Part shown: piece by piece, positions 23,951 to 36,618 of the stretch
How the letters are laid out: every line of letters starts with the position of its first letter
Position numbering within the stretch: position 1 is the first letter of the stretch
Assembly: GCA_951406725.2 (NCBI GenBank)
Contig: OX597818.1
Location: forward strand, 93,806,001 to 93,870,000
Origin: Octopus vulgaris
Lineage: Eukaryota
Length of the DNA stretch: 64,000 nt
Reading direction: 5' to 3'
Translations under genes and position numbers: made by a program
The notes under the pieces: generated by a model
Databases searched by the model: none
What the model was told of the DNA's origin: nothing
Seen by the model: the letters and a program-made list of their open reading frames with translations, nothing else

Positions 23951-25309
23951 CTGTTATTGTTATTTTACGGGCTGATTTTTATTTTACATACACACATACG
24001 CATAGTTTACAGTTCCAATATAGGTATGATCAACAAAAATGTACTCCATCCAGTTAGATATAAATATCATTTAATATACCCAATTATATATATGGGACGG
24101 CAAACTTCGTCTTTCATCCCTCCAGAACTGATAAAATAAAATATCAGTCAAATACTGGGGTCGATGATATCGACTACTTCGCTTCGAAATTGCTGGCCTT
24201 GTGCTTTCATCCAATGATATGCAGCGAGCTCGTATAATCGTTTGAGCATCGGAAAAGAAAAATCTTTGCTGTATTTTTGTCGGCTCTTTACCTTTTGGGT
24301 TCAAATCCCGCTAGGTCATTTTCGCTTTTCAGTTCTCCGGGGTTTTTATGAAATAAAATGTTCGTTATGTATTAGGGTCAGTGGGATCGACTGCCCCCCT
24401 TACACCAAATTTGCTAGTCTTGTTCCTAAATTAGAAATGCTATTCAGTTAGTCATTTTGTTTTTCTTTATATATATATATATATATATATACATTCATAT
24501 ATCTGAAGAGTACAACAATAGCTAGTTAGTCATGGCTATATGTAATTCAGTATCCTTTGTTTACACACCCTCTCAAAATTTCCTCCTGCAAAATTTTATG
24601 CTTTGGGAGGGGTGAATGTTTAGCATAAAATAAAATCTCATTCATTATTTGTTTCAAAGTATTGACACAACATAGACTGTTTACTTCTTTGTCCATTGTT
24701 CAATCATTTTTACGTTGCTAATACGTTCCTTTACTGTCATATGATAGAATTAATGTTAGCTTTTTATTTATAATTTAAAACAACATTGATATGTAATTTT
24801 TACCCACCTCCCTTACGCCTCACCGAATTTTCTCTTTAAATCGGTGTTTATATTTCATTAAATTGTATTTCATTTTCCCTACTGAATTGTTTGATCATGA
24901 AACTCTGATAATCAAAGATTTTAAAATCTAATTTAGTAACGCAAATATCAACTTTTGTTGAAAATATTTCGGAAAGGATAAGACTATAAGCTTCGGGTAG
25001 TTTGACCTATAAAGTGAAACCAGTATGTTAATAATATTGACATAACTTGTTAAGTGAGATATCCTGTCTCAGTTGTCATTTGGAAATACCCACATTCTGA
25101 CACTATCAAGCAATATCGACCAGTATTGAAGCTACTGAGGAATAGCCGAAATTAAAAGATGAGTAAAGCATGCTAGTCTCACAGTCTGTTTCCATGAGTC
25201 TATTCTGCCACTACCGTTATTTTCTTTACGAACCATTAAGACACTCTGAACATATGGTTGTAAAAGTAAATCAATAAAGGTGAATAACTGATAAACTTAC
25301 AGGAAGTTT

Positions 25310-25843
25310 ATAGGCACAAGGCCAGAAATTTTGGAGGGAGGGGGATTGTCGATTACATCGACTCCTGTGCTTAACTTATTTTATCTACCTCAAAAAGAAG
25401 AAAGGCAAAGTTGACCTTGGTGGAATTTGAACCCAGAACGTAAAGACTGACGACATGCCACCGAACATTTTGTCCTATAAGCAAATGATTTTACCAGGTC
25501 ACCGCCTTAATATGATTAATAATACGACAATAACTGTTAATTTCCAAGTCGTTTTCGTCACATATAGTCACATATTTCCAGGAATAAAACTAGAGAGTTT
25601 TGCACATGTTCATATGCCCGTTAATATATTGGTTTCAAATTTTTGCACAAGACCAGCAAGTTGTTGTAGAGGGGGTACGCTGGTTACGTCGACCCCTATG
25701 TTTTAATGATACTTCTTTTATGAACCCCAAAAGGATGAAAGGTAAAGTTGACCTCGGTGGAATTTGAACTTCAAACATAAAGACTGATGAAATGCTAAGC
25801 ATTTTGCTTGGCATGCAAACGATTCTGCCAGCTTGCCGCCTTA
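25310..25843 (-). mobile_element. Two family D SINEs (25310-25510, 25630-25843)
   Basis: GAAAGGYAAAGTTGACCT..GTGGAATTTGAAC...GCCAGCTTGCCGCCTT. Confidence 0.8.
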
Positions 25844-26419
25844 GTGCCCATTAATAAATTGGAAAAATAATCGTTTCAAAACAGAAAATAATAAAATAAA
25901 GGACGTTCACATTGGAGTGTAGGAGATGTTAAGTTCCTGAAACACTTGCTATTCTCATCTCTCTTTCTCCTCTCATCACCCACTACTGTGATTATACTCT
26001 TCTACTACAGACAAGGGCAACCATTTTCGAGACACAGGCTGCAATGATTCATTATCAGGCAGGTTGCACCACTAAAAAGAATCAAGGTAATTTTATGTTA
26101 GGGCCATTCTGTAGGGTTCGCAGGTTACCGTTTGGGATACGAAGGGTATGTAGCACTCAATACAGGATGCCCTACCTCTCAGCAATCTGGTATAAAGAGG
26201 CTGTCTTTCAATATATAAAGGTATCTTGACATCTTAGAAAACATAATGTGTTCTTTCTTATGATAAATAGCCATAGATTTTGCCACATTAGAGACACCAA
26301 TTTATCCAATTAAAAAACAGTTTGCTACTCAGTCCCAAAAGCAGCTACAATTCCCAAGAGACAGAGAAAAGGCAAACAATAGAACATTCCTGAAAATGTA
26401 TCTATGACAGGTCACCTCT

Positions 26420-28420
26420 GAGGCTCTCACAAGTGCTACTGGCAACATGGAATCCAGTACAACCTGTTGCAGGGTCGGGTTGTCACCAACTAAACCGGCA
26501 CCCCCACCAGGCTACCCTGGTGAGGAGGGTTGCTAGAAACCCAGCAGAATTAAAAACAAGACTGCTGATGCAAATGACAGCAAGAAGCTTTACCAGCTTA
26601 TGAAGCAAGTTTACGGGTCTAAGAGCTCTGCATCAGTTCCTTTGCTTTCCAAGGAATCTTCTATTCTATTTACTAAATCAACAGAAATCATAGGTTGCTG
26701 GATTGAACACTTCTCTGAACTCCTAAACCGTGAGTAAGTTGTGGATGAAACAATGATTGATACTATGAAACAAAGACCTATCATTGGCTCCTTAAATTCC
26801 ATACCCTCAATAGATGAGGTAATGACATCAATAAGTAAATTGAGCCTTAATAGGGCACCTGGAAGGGATGGAATTTGTGCTGAGGTCTTGCAAGGTCTCT
26901 TCATGAACTTATTAGTGTAGTCAGGAGGGATGGTGCAATGCCTAAGGATTGGAAGGATGCAATTATTCATCCTCCCTATAAAGGAAAAGGGGCCAGAACA
27001 ACGTGAGGTAACTACTGAAGTATTGCTCTACTATCATGTGCTGGCAAGGTTCTGGCAAATATACTTCTTACCTGCCTGAATGGGTGTCTTGTAAATGATG
27101 TCCTATTTGAATCTCAATGTGGCTTCCGATCTTGTAGAGAGACAATGGATATGATTTTCACAGCAAGACGGATGCAGGAGAAGTACTATGAGCAGAATAT
27201 GGATCTTGTCCAGGTATTCATTGATTTAAGGAAGGCCTCTGATACTGTAAAAATGGCCTTGCTATGGAAAATAATCAGCAAACTTGGATGTCTGGATCAC
27301 TTTGTATCTATAATCAAATCATTTTATGATGGGATCACTTTGTACCGATAATTAAACCATTTCATGACAGTTCAATGTTGGAGGTGGTATAGTGGGATCC
27401 ATTCCTGTGGAGAATGGTGTCAAGCAGGGTGACATCCTTGCTCCAACTCTCTTTTCTTTGTACTTTGCTGCTGCTTTTACTCATGCTTTTGCTAAGGTTA
27501 GCTCTCTGGGAATATATGTCAGGTACCAATCTTCTGGCTGCCTCTTCAATCTGCATTGATTTGCTGCTAATTCAAAAGTTTTCCAGTTTCTTATTTGTGA
27601 CCTCCTTTAAACAGATGACTGTGACTTAGTCACTCATACAGTGGATGACATGCAAATATTTATGAATCATATTTCTGCTTCTTGCAAGGCATTTGGACTC
27701 AGCATTAGCCTGAACAAAACTGTTGTAATGTTCCAGCCTGCAGCAGGAAGTGTACTGACACCGCTCCTTTACTCATGTGAAACATGGACCCTTTAACTTC
27801 ATGTAAGGGCCCTTGAACACTTTCATCAGCGATGTCTCAGATGTATTCTGAATGTTGGCCGGACCTTAAAAACTCCAGACACACAGGTCCTGGGGACAGC
27901 TGATATCTTGAGTATTGAGGTGATGGGGCACAAGCACTGGTTACATTGGACTGGACACCTTATTTGAATGAAGGATAGCAGGATCCCTAAGCAGATGCTA
28001 TATGGGAAACTTGTTAATGGAAAGAGACCTCGGCAAAAACCAAGGCTGTGATTTAAGGACTGTGTCAAGCCCTCATTAAAGGCCTGTGATATGCAGGAGA
28101 CTGACTGGAAGAGCAATGCCTGTCATCACCCTAGATGGAGGAGGCAGGTTAAGGAGGGGATCAACGCCTTTGAGAGAGCATGTATTCTTCATGAAGAACT
28201 TAAGCATGCTGCTCAAAAGTGCACTGCTAGTGTAGTGAATGGGGAAAGCTGGGTTTGCAATGTTTGCAGTTGTGTGTGCTTGTCAAGAGCAGGGCTCATT
28301 AGCCACTAATGGAGCTGAAAATGCAAAATCTAAGTTAGTCCTAGAGTGTACAATATTCCTGATAGTCAGCTATAGTGTTCCTCGGTCATGAGTGAATGGT
28401 CATCATGTATGTATGTATCT
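26420..28420 (+). mobile_element. RTE-clade (BovB/RTE-1-like) LINE, internally deleted and pseudogenised
   Basis: Pieces ADANDSKKLYQLMKQVYG, WIEHFSELLNR, APGRDGI, ESQCGFR..TMDMIFTARRMQEK..FIDLRKASDTV, GVKQGDILAPTLFSLYF, L*TDDC (YADD position), RIPKQMLYGEL and a C-terminal CxxC..H; stops and frameshifts; no APE domain seen. Confidence 0.92.
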
Positions 28421-28555
28421 GTGAGTGTGTGTGTGTAAGTGTAATGTATATAAAGATAAAGAGGTTGATAGAAAGAAGTTATTGTCTCTAGGTCAAATTC
28501 CTTTCAATGCATGACTGAGTAATGATCTTGGCTTGCCCACTTGCAGTTAAAGGTG

Positions 28556-28587
<32 letters not shown>

Positions 28588-28849
28588 TACTTCTAAACTT
28601 AATTATTTCAGTGAAACATTGAAAACAGGCCTTATTTTATGAAACAAGTAAGGAATATGTTCCAAAATCTAAATTTTGAATTTAGTTTTAATTATAAAAT
28701 TACATCTCTCAACAGCTAAAAGCATTTCTTTTTCAGTTTCAGAATTATTACATATACGTTCAAATGTTTTTCATTAAATCAAACCTTTTCCTTTCTTTCT
28801 TTTTTAATATATTTCATCATTCCGTAAAACACTTGAAATTACTTTAAGG

Positions 28850-29500
28850 AAGCAGGGGTAAAATTGATAACCGGGGCAAAATGAGTAATTTCTGATTTCT
28901 GTTTTTTTCCTCAACCCATTATATTGCAAATATAGCATCCTCATTTTGTACTGTTGCATCATCTCTAGGAATAAAAATTGCTCAGTATAGTTGTTGTTCT
29001 TGTTGAAGCTGAGAGAATTTGAAACATATCCTCAATTTTGACCCAATTGTAACTGCAGTATTTAATAAAATATCTGGATAATTTTTGGTGTTTAATCACC
29101 AATATTCTTTTCTCTCTTTTGCATACTAATATCTAATTTGATAATTTTCAAGCTTCAAAAACAAAAAGTCTAAATTGGGGTAAAATGAGCAACTACATAG
29201 TGCATAAATATATATGGAAGTGAACCATTCAAGCAGATCATAAAGAAGCTTTAAAGAATATTTTATATGGAAGTTTTGATTTAGTTGAGTCTTCTTAATG
29301 TCACATCATGCTGTTTTTCCTTGATTTTCTTTCAATTGACCAAGATATTTTAAACTTTTGTTGCATTTCTGATCTTTCTGATGTCTAAGGATGGATGTTT
29401 ATGTGTTTGAGTCTTTTCAAATGTAATACTAAAAAAGTGAAGAGACAAATTTATCTTATTTTGTCTTACTCATTTTAGCCCATCTAAATTTGTCTTTTAT
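28850..29500. mobile_element. Possible decayed non-autonomous DNA transposon
   Basis: Motif GGGGYAAAATKRR occurs in direct (about 28855, 28873, 29177) and inverted (about 29030, 29470) copies; termini not defined. Confidence 0.3.
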
Positions 29501-29683
29501 ATACTCAAAGAGAACAGTGATAATTTTCTGAAATAATGTTCTGAATATGTTATTGTGATTTTACTGCTTTTAGAGAAGGTCCTTGTTTAGTTGACATAGT
29601 TTTTGCGAGGTAGTGGACATTTGCAAAAAATATATTTTTTCCAGAGCCAAAAGAGCAATAAATATTACGTATTATGCTCCATC

Positions 29684-30338
29684 GTGAAGGCGCATGGCTC
29701 AGTGGTTAGAGTGTTGAGCTTATGATCGTGAGGTTGTGAGCTCGAATCCTGGACTGAGCTGCATGTAGTGTTCTTGAGCAAGACACTTTATTTCACATTG
29801 CTCCAGTTCACTCAGCTGTAGAAATGAGTTGTGACATCACAGGTGCCAAGCTGTATCGGCCCTTGCCTTTCCCTTGGATAACACAGGTGGCACGGAGAGG
29901 GGAGGCCAGTTTTTGTTCCTTTTCCAGCCATGCCTGGCTCATAAGGGCCAGTTTCCTGGTTTCCTTGGCGTATAGGTTCCCCACCTGGACGGGACGCTGG
30001 TCTGTTACAGGTGAGCTGCTAGATGCAGGAGGAAAGAGTGAGAGAAAGTTGTGGTGAAAGAGTCAGCAGAAGTTCGCCATTACTTTCTGCCGGAGTCGCG
30101 TGGAGCTTAGGTGTTTTGCTCATAAACACACACATCACCCGGTCTGAGATTTGAAACCACGATCCCTCAACCATGAGTCTGCTGCTCTAACCACTTGGTC
30201 ATGTGCCTCCACCGGGGAGGCCAGTATGCATAGGTGACTGCTGGTCTTCCATAAACAACCTTGTCTGGACTGGTGCCTAGGAGGGTAACTTTCTAGGTGC
30301 AATCTCATGGTCAGTGTCGTGACCGAAGGGGGTCTCAG
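29684..30338 (+). mobile_element. SINE family C (tRNA head, CORE-like domain) interrupted by a family B SINE
   Basis: TSD ATTATG(C/A)TCCATC at 29671-29683 and 30339-30351; matches 54009-54339 once the insert is removed. Confidence 0.9.
29911..30213 (-). mobile_element. SINE family B nested in family C
   Basis: 12-bp TSD GGGGAGGCCAGT at 29899-29910 and 30214-30225. Confidence 0.9.
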
Positions 30339-30941
30339 ATTATGATCCATCTACCCAACACTGGAAACTGAAAAAGCAGACTTTCAGAATAGCTGTCCCA
30401 CATAAGTTTCCTGTTTTTGTCAGGATTTACCCTTTTTTTTATTCACACAGTGCAAAACAATAAAGGGAAGCTTTTTTGAAAGAAGAATTTTAAAAATCCA
30501 TGTCACCCCACCCCCACTTTGGAACAGCAACAACCACTAAAATGATCTTACCCCTTCTTCCTGCTTTCATTGTACTTTTCACAATGAAGGAAAAGTCAAA
30601 CACTGCTAGTGGATGTGTGAAAAACAAAAGTTTTGTATTTTGTAAAGCATATCTATAAAGCGACATTTTCACTTATTTATTTGAACTTTCCCTGCTAACT
30701 CATCAAATTCAATTACATGCAATGGATGGGTTTTGAGATGTAAATTTGATAATTTTCCAAGATTTTAATTCTTGTGTATGAGGGGCCCACTGAACTTGAA
30801 GTGCCCCGGGCCCCATCATGGTTTAAATTCAATCCTGTGTGAAGGAGGGTAGGAGTGCTATTCAACCCTTCTTTTTGTAGGAGAAATCAATAAAAATGGA
30901 ATGGAATGGAAGCTGTGTTTGGGATGAGATATGTTGTATGC

Positions 30942-30942
<1 letters not shown>

Positions 30943-30992
<50 letters not shown>
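30943..30992. repeat. (GA)n microsatellite
   Basis: Seen directly. Confidence 0.95.
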
Positions 30993-30995
<3 letters not shown>

Positions 30996-31743
30996 ATAAC
31001 TATTCAGCCATTAGGTTGAGGCAACCTAATTAAATGATCTGGTCACCGCTAGCCTTGTAAAATATTCAACTAATGATCAAAATATCATAAGTTCAAGTAT
31101 TGAGGATATTCAATATTAACAACATTCATTTTACCTCAATGTTTATATAGTATAACATGTATGTGTATAAATGTATATCTCAATATCACATACTTAATGT
31201 ATGTGTGTTGTTAAACACTAGTAGCCGTAGTATTTCATCTAAGAGAGGCACCTTTAAAGACATATAGAAGGGCTGACTGAAGGGTTCATAGGCTGGCCAA
31301 GATATTCTCATGGAATGTGACCAGATCAGGTTTATTTTTCAACATAGTCTCCCTTGAAGTCCACACTACTTGCATTGGTGTTGCAGTGCTTGGATCTCAT
31401 TTGTGAAGAAACTTTCATCATAATGGTCAAAAAAGTCATCAACAGTAAATATGACATCATCATAATCAGATGGGGCCAAATTAGAACAGGGAAGCTGGTC
31501 AATCTGTTCAGAGTCACAATCATGAATAGCAGCCGTTGAAATCAAGGACTTGTTTGTTGATGAAACAAAACACCTTTTGTCATTTTTCTTGGGCATTTGG
31601 TCTTGATACTGTTCATAATTGCCTCAGCAAGTTGTAACAGTACTCTCCATTGATGGTGTGGCCCTTTTGAATATATTCAATAAACAATGCTTTTAGTACC
31701 CACAAAAACTGAGGCCATCACCTTCCCTTCAAATAAAATGACT

Positions 31744-31799
31744 ATAGAAACACCCCTCCTCACCTGCTCTTTGCAGCAGGTGAGGAGGGGTGTTTCTAT
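31744..31799. repeat. Perfect 25-bp inverted repeat with 6-nt loop
   Basis: ATAGAAACACCCCTCCTCACCTGCT-ctttgc-AGCAGGTGAGGAGGGGTGTTTCTAT. Confidence 0.95.
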
Positions 31800-31995
31800 T
31801 GCATGGATTGTCTCTTCGTCTTTGACTCAAAGTGATGAAGCCAACACTCATCCTGAGGAAATGTTCAAGGATCTCCCTCAAACAATGACTGATTTTCTCA
31901 TGATGTGATCAACCTGGGACACTTTTGAGGGGTGTCAGAAGATGTGACACCCTCTGAGCAGAAACCTTTGTCATGCCAAGTTCATTGTGCAGAAT

Positions 31996-32305
31996 TGTGG
32001 AGGCACATGGCCTAGTGGTTAGAGCAGCAGACTCACGGTCGAGGGAGCACGGGTTCGAATCTCAGACCGGGCGATGTGTGTGTTTATGAGCCAAACACCT
32101 AAGCTCCACATGGCTCTGGCAGAAGGTAATGGCGAACTTCCACTGATTCTTTCGCCACAACTTTCTCTCACTCTTTCCTCCTGCATCTTGCAGCTCACCT
32201 GTGACGGACCAGCGTCCCTTCCAGGTGGGGAACCTATACACCAAGGAAACTGGGAAACCAGCCCTTATGAGCCAGGCATGGCTTGAGAAGGAACAAACAA
32301 CAGCG
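31996..32305 (+). mobile_element. SINE family B nested in the mariner
   Basis: 11-bp TSD TTGTGCAGAAT at 31985-31995 and 32306-32316. Confidence 0.9.
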
Positions 32306-32479
32306 TTGTGCAGAATGAGTAGTGAGCAGAGTACTCCTCAGTGAGTAATTACTACTTCTGAGGTTCTGCTAACTAGGAAACATATGTAGCCTGGATTTTA
32401 GTTACTCCATTCTCTGAATTTGGATTTTTATTTGCATACACAACAACTTGAGTTGTTAACCGTAAACTATAAAATAACT

Positions 32480-32915
32480 TGTGACGCATATTTGCCATTT
32501 GAATATGGCTAACCCCTAAGGGTGGATGCTACTGTAGTTTGTAGCCCCAGGAAGATACCTCCTCCAGCTGGCTATAAACACACTTTCTGTGCCCTATCAG
32601 TATTTGTGAAGGGAAGTCATCCTTCCCGTCTTCAACTTATGATACACACGGACTTGAGTTTCAAGGTATTTACCTATCATCGGTTTGTGGCAATCATAGT
32701 TGTCGACGAGAATTCAGTTTCCCTCACAAATACATATACTTTTTCCATATACTGATAGGGCATAGAAAGTGTGTCTATAGTCAGCTGGAGGGGTATCTTC
32801 CTGGGGCTACAAACTACAGTAGCATCCACCCTTAGGGGTTAGCCATATTCAAATGGCAAATATGCGTCACGATGTGTTACCGCTACTGTGTATAACTCGC
32901 TCTGAGATTTATCAT
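32480..32915. mobile_element. Non-coding foldback insertion with ~123-bp inverted arms and a one-sided 45-bp extension
   Basis: Arms 32481-32603 and 32749-32870 are near-perfect reverse complements; 12-bp direct repeat TATAAAATAACT at 32468-32479 and 32916-32927. Confidence 0.85.
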
Positions 32916-33079
32916 TATAAAATAACTGTTTTCAGCTTATTGAACTTTGATATGAGAAAAATTTACAATCTTCTACATCAATAAACCATTATTATTTCTG
33001 AGTTGTTTTTTTATACCTTCTACAGATTGACCAAAGCTTACTAGCTTCTTACACCTGGGTCCTTGGATCTTACCTAAAC

Positions 33080-33280
<201 letters not shown>

Positions 33281-33289
33281 AGTGTTCAG

Positions 33290-34392
33290 TTTTATTTCAA
33301 GATTTCTTGCCAATAGAGAAAGAGCCAGTTTCTAACATAGATTCAAGTTTCTTTCATTGGAACAACAGTGTGTTTTTGTTTGTATGTATATATATATGCA
33401 TGTATATGTGCAGGTTTGTATGTTTTGCTTATGTATGCATTCTCTTGCATATGGTTGCATATCTAGACATGCTCATATATATTTAAATGATAAACTTCTG
33501 GAAAGTTTTACAGAATTTTACAGTTCTACTGATTGATTGGATCTGTAGTCTTCGAATTAGCTTTTTTCTTTCTAGTTTTGAGAAGCCTAATTTCTCAAGA
33601 TTGGTATTTAGGCAGTGTGTTACATATCCTAGGGCTCCAATAATTACAGATATAAACCTGAACTTGTAATCTGGATAGAGTAACTGCAGATGTCTCAATA
33701 ATTCAGCATGGGTATTCTCTTTTTCACTGATCTTCAGCTTTATGTTAACATCTGCTAGACAGCTAATTTCCACAACTGTGCACAGTTTCTCTTCTCCATC
33801 CCAAATAATTATATCAGGTTTGTTGTACTTCGATTTTTTTGAGGTCTTCACTGGGACATTCCACCAGTACTGTTTTTTATTATGGGTGGCTATGGCTGCT
33901 ACCATACTGTGGGTTTTTATTTCTTTGTCCTCAGGGTTATCCTTCCAACGGATTTCATTATAGAGTGTCCTAGCTAAAACATCATGTCTCATCAGTAGAT
34001 TACTATGATGACATTTTTGGACAACTGCTTATAATATCTTTAATGTGAAGTCCACAAAGTCTGCATCAGTTATCACATTTTACTGCTTTTCCTGCATCTC
34101 CATCCCTTTTGTGCATCTGGTACTTGGTTGATGTTTCCTGTTCCTGGATTACAAACGCATACCCTTCAAAGTGGGAGGTAGTACTCTGGCTATTGGTCCA
34201 TGATAAACTGCTTTGATGATCAGTGTTAATATCATTTTGGAGCTTTCTACTAACATATCCATACATAGTCTTCTGCTCATATAGGCTCATCCTTTTATCT
34301 GATGATACATTGCGGTAGAGTCATGCAACTTCTTTGGGCCTGTATTCTAAGTTATCAGACAAAGATTGCTGTTCAGAGCTGCCTTCAAGTCT
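33290..34392 (-). mobile_element. R4/Dong-type (RLE) non-LTR retrotransposon, 5'-truncated
   Basis: ORF 33483-33992: RHD...WWNVPV...KPDIIIWD...VEISC...EKE...VIIGALG = restriction-like endonuclease; upstream EGYAFVIQEQE and a decayed zinc knuckle; 3'UTR to about 33290. Confidence 0.9.
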
Positions 34393-34691
34393 TATGTGTG
34401 TATGTATGTATGTTGTAAGTATGTATGTATACAGGCATGTAGTGTGCATGTATGCATGCATGTCTGTGTGCATGTATCATCATCATCGTTTAATGTCTGT
34501 TTTCCATGCTAGCACTTGTATGTATGCACACGTGTGTGTGTACATTTGTTTTTGCTAGGTATCATGTTTCAAGATAGTGCTCTGCAAAATTAAATTTAAA
34601 AAAAAAACCCCTCAAAATAGTTAAAGGCAGGTTATCTTTATATTTCTAAATTATTTTTATATTTAAGCATAAATGCACACACACACATGCA

Positions 34692-34738
<47 letters not shown>

Positions 34739-34877
34739 CTTTCAATCATCATCTCTCAACCAACTGCATGTTTCCCTACTGTCAACATAGATCACAATAC
34801 CTCTCTGTGTTTTACTGTTCTTCCCATCTATCTGATGCTCATTCAATGTTTTTCCTCTTGCATTGTTTCCCTTTTAT

Positions 34878-35109
34878 TATTTCTTTATTGCCCTCAAGGG
34901 ACTAAACATAGAGGGGACAAACAAGGACAGACAAAGGGATTAAGTCGATAACATCAACCCCAGTGTGTAACTGGTACTTAATTTATCGAGCCGGAAAGGA
35001 TGAAAGGCAAAGTCGATCTTGGCAGAATTTGAACTCAGAACATAGCGGCAGATGAAATACCACTAAGCATTTGCCCGGCGTGCTAACATTTCTGCTAGCT
35101 CGATGCCTT
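34878..35109 (-). mobile_element. SINE family D
   Basis: 15-bp TSD TTGTTTCCCTTTTAT at 34863-34877 and 35110-35124. Confidence 0.88.
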
Positions 35110-35584
35110 TTGTTTCCCTTTTATGTCTCTCTCTCTCTCTCTCTCTCTCTCACTTTCTCTGCTCATCTGTCTTTCTCTCTCTTGCTATCTATTTCTCTTT
35201 CTCTTTTTCATTTTCTGGGTTTCACTTCTCTGCTTCTCTTTCTCTTTCTCCCCCTCCTCTTTTCCTTTTCTCTCACACACACTATCCCACTAGAAATCAA
35301 GTCACAAAGTAGCAGTTTTAGCAGAAAACATATATAATATACAGCTTCTACTGATTATGCCAGCATACTTTCAGCTACTGAAATTGATAACAGCTGATTT
35401 CATTTAATTTAAGTACAAAGTCAAATTTTTTTGAGATGAGTTCAAATTACATTCATGACCAGATGTAGTCTATCTCTTAATGAAAAATTAGTTACATATT
35501 ATATTTCTATTATCAATACCACAAAAAAAGTGCGTTTACTGCCAACACACATTTTGATCTGAGTAACCAGCAAGATTCAATATA

Positions 35585-36384
35585 TGAGGTCTGATCAATA
35601 AATATCTGGACTATTCCATAGTAACAAAGCTAAAGCATGCAGAGTGAAGCCACTTGACACAGATTGACCTTGAACTCTGCTGTGCATAAGCACTAAGTTT
35701 TAATATTCTAGCTAATTTATGCTGTTTACAGCAGTGCTTGGAAGGAAGGTGTGTAGCATGTGATTGTTGCATTGACCATAACAGAAAAAGTTGTCATGGT
35801 GATACCTAGTCAGAGACCTACTCAAAGTTGCAGAAAGTGTATGGAGAGGAGTGTATGAGCCGCACACAAGTGTATGAGTGGTTCAGACATTTCCAAGATG
35901 GCCAAAAGAATGTTGATATTGATGAATGTTCTGGGAGACCCACAACCAGCAGAACTGAGAAAAACATCACAGATGTGGATGCAGCTGTGAGGGGAAACTG
36001 TCGAATGGCCATCTGTGAGTTATCAGAGGATGTGCAGATTAATTATGGTTTAGTTGAGTCCATTATCACTGAAAATTTGGGTATGAGACACATGTCTGCC
36101 AAGTTTGTACCAAAACTGTTTCAGATGACCAAAAAGACACCTGGGTTTCAGTTGCACAAGATCTCCTTGATTGTGTTGGGGACAATGTAAACTTTTAGAA
36201 AGTTTTGCATAGGCCTCTGAGCAAATATCACCAAGCTTTTGTAAAATTTGATGCAGATTCTCCATTCAACTTTCTCTGTCATGGTCAATGCAGTGATCAC
36301 ACACTACACACCTACCTTCCAAGCACTGCTGTAAACAGTGGAAGTGAGCTAGTACATTAAAACTTGGTGTGCATGCACAACAGA
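35585..36384 (+). mobile_element. Mariner derivative with an inverted duplicate of its 5' end
   Basis: TA plus TIR-like TGAGGTCTGATCAATAAATATCTGGAC; N-terminal transposase piece QKVYGEECMSRTQVYEWFRHF..SGRPTT..MSAKFVPKL; 36190-36384 is the reverse complement of 35676-35838. Confidence 0.85.
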
Positions 36385-36618
36385 TATAACTCCTGAAATG
36401 CTTCAAAATGTGTTTTGCAATGCTAAGGATAGATTTGACATTTGCAGGGTTACAGACAGAACACATGTTGAAAATTTTCAATAAGGTTACATAAGATTTG
36501 TAAATTTATTTGTTTTGGTATCATAATAATTAAGTAATAAACAAAAAATTCTGTCAGTTTTTAAAAAAAATTTGCTCAATTTCATAGAAATAGATAGTTA
36601 ATTTTGAGACACTCTGTA
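36385..36618 (+). mobile_element. 3' end of another Tc1/mariner-superfamily element
   Basis: ITPEMLQNVF..AKDRFDICRVTDRTHVE* C-terminus, then TIR-like TTTTGAGACACTCTG-TA. Confidence 0.55.

Larger units (their letters stand above)
31265..32375 (-). mobile_element. Mariner remnant (irritans-like), internally deleted
   Basis: Pieces ILHNELGMTKVSA, KRQSMQ*KHPSSP, NLAPSDY, DDVIFTVDDFFD..DESFFTNEIQALQH, VDFKGDYVEK*. The 5' boundary is approximate. Confidence 0.82.

Noticed and set aside
32745-32785. Hammerhead-like string CTGATAG..GAAA..GTC in the foldback arm
   Set aside because: The core is not CUGANGA and helices II and III do not pair.
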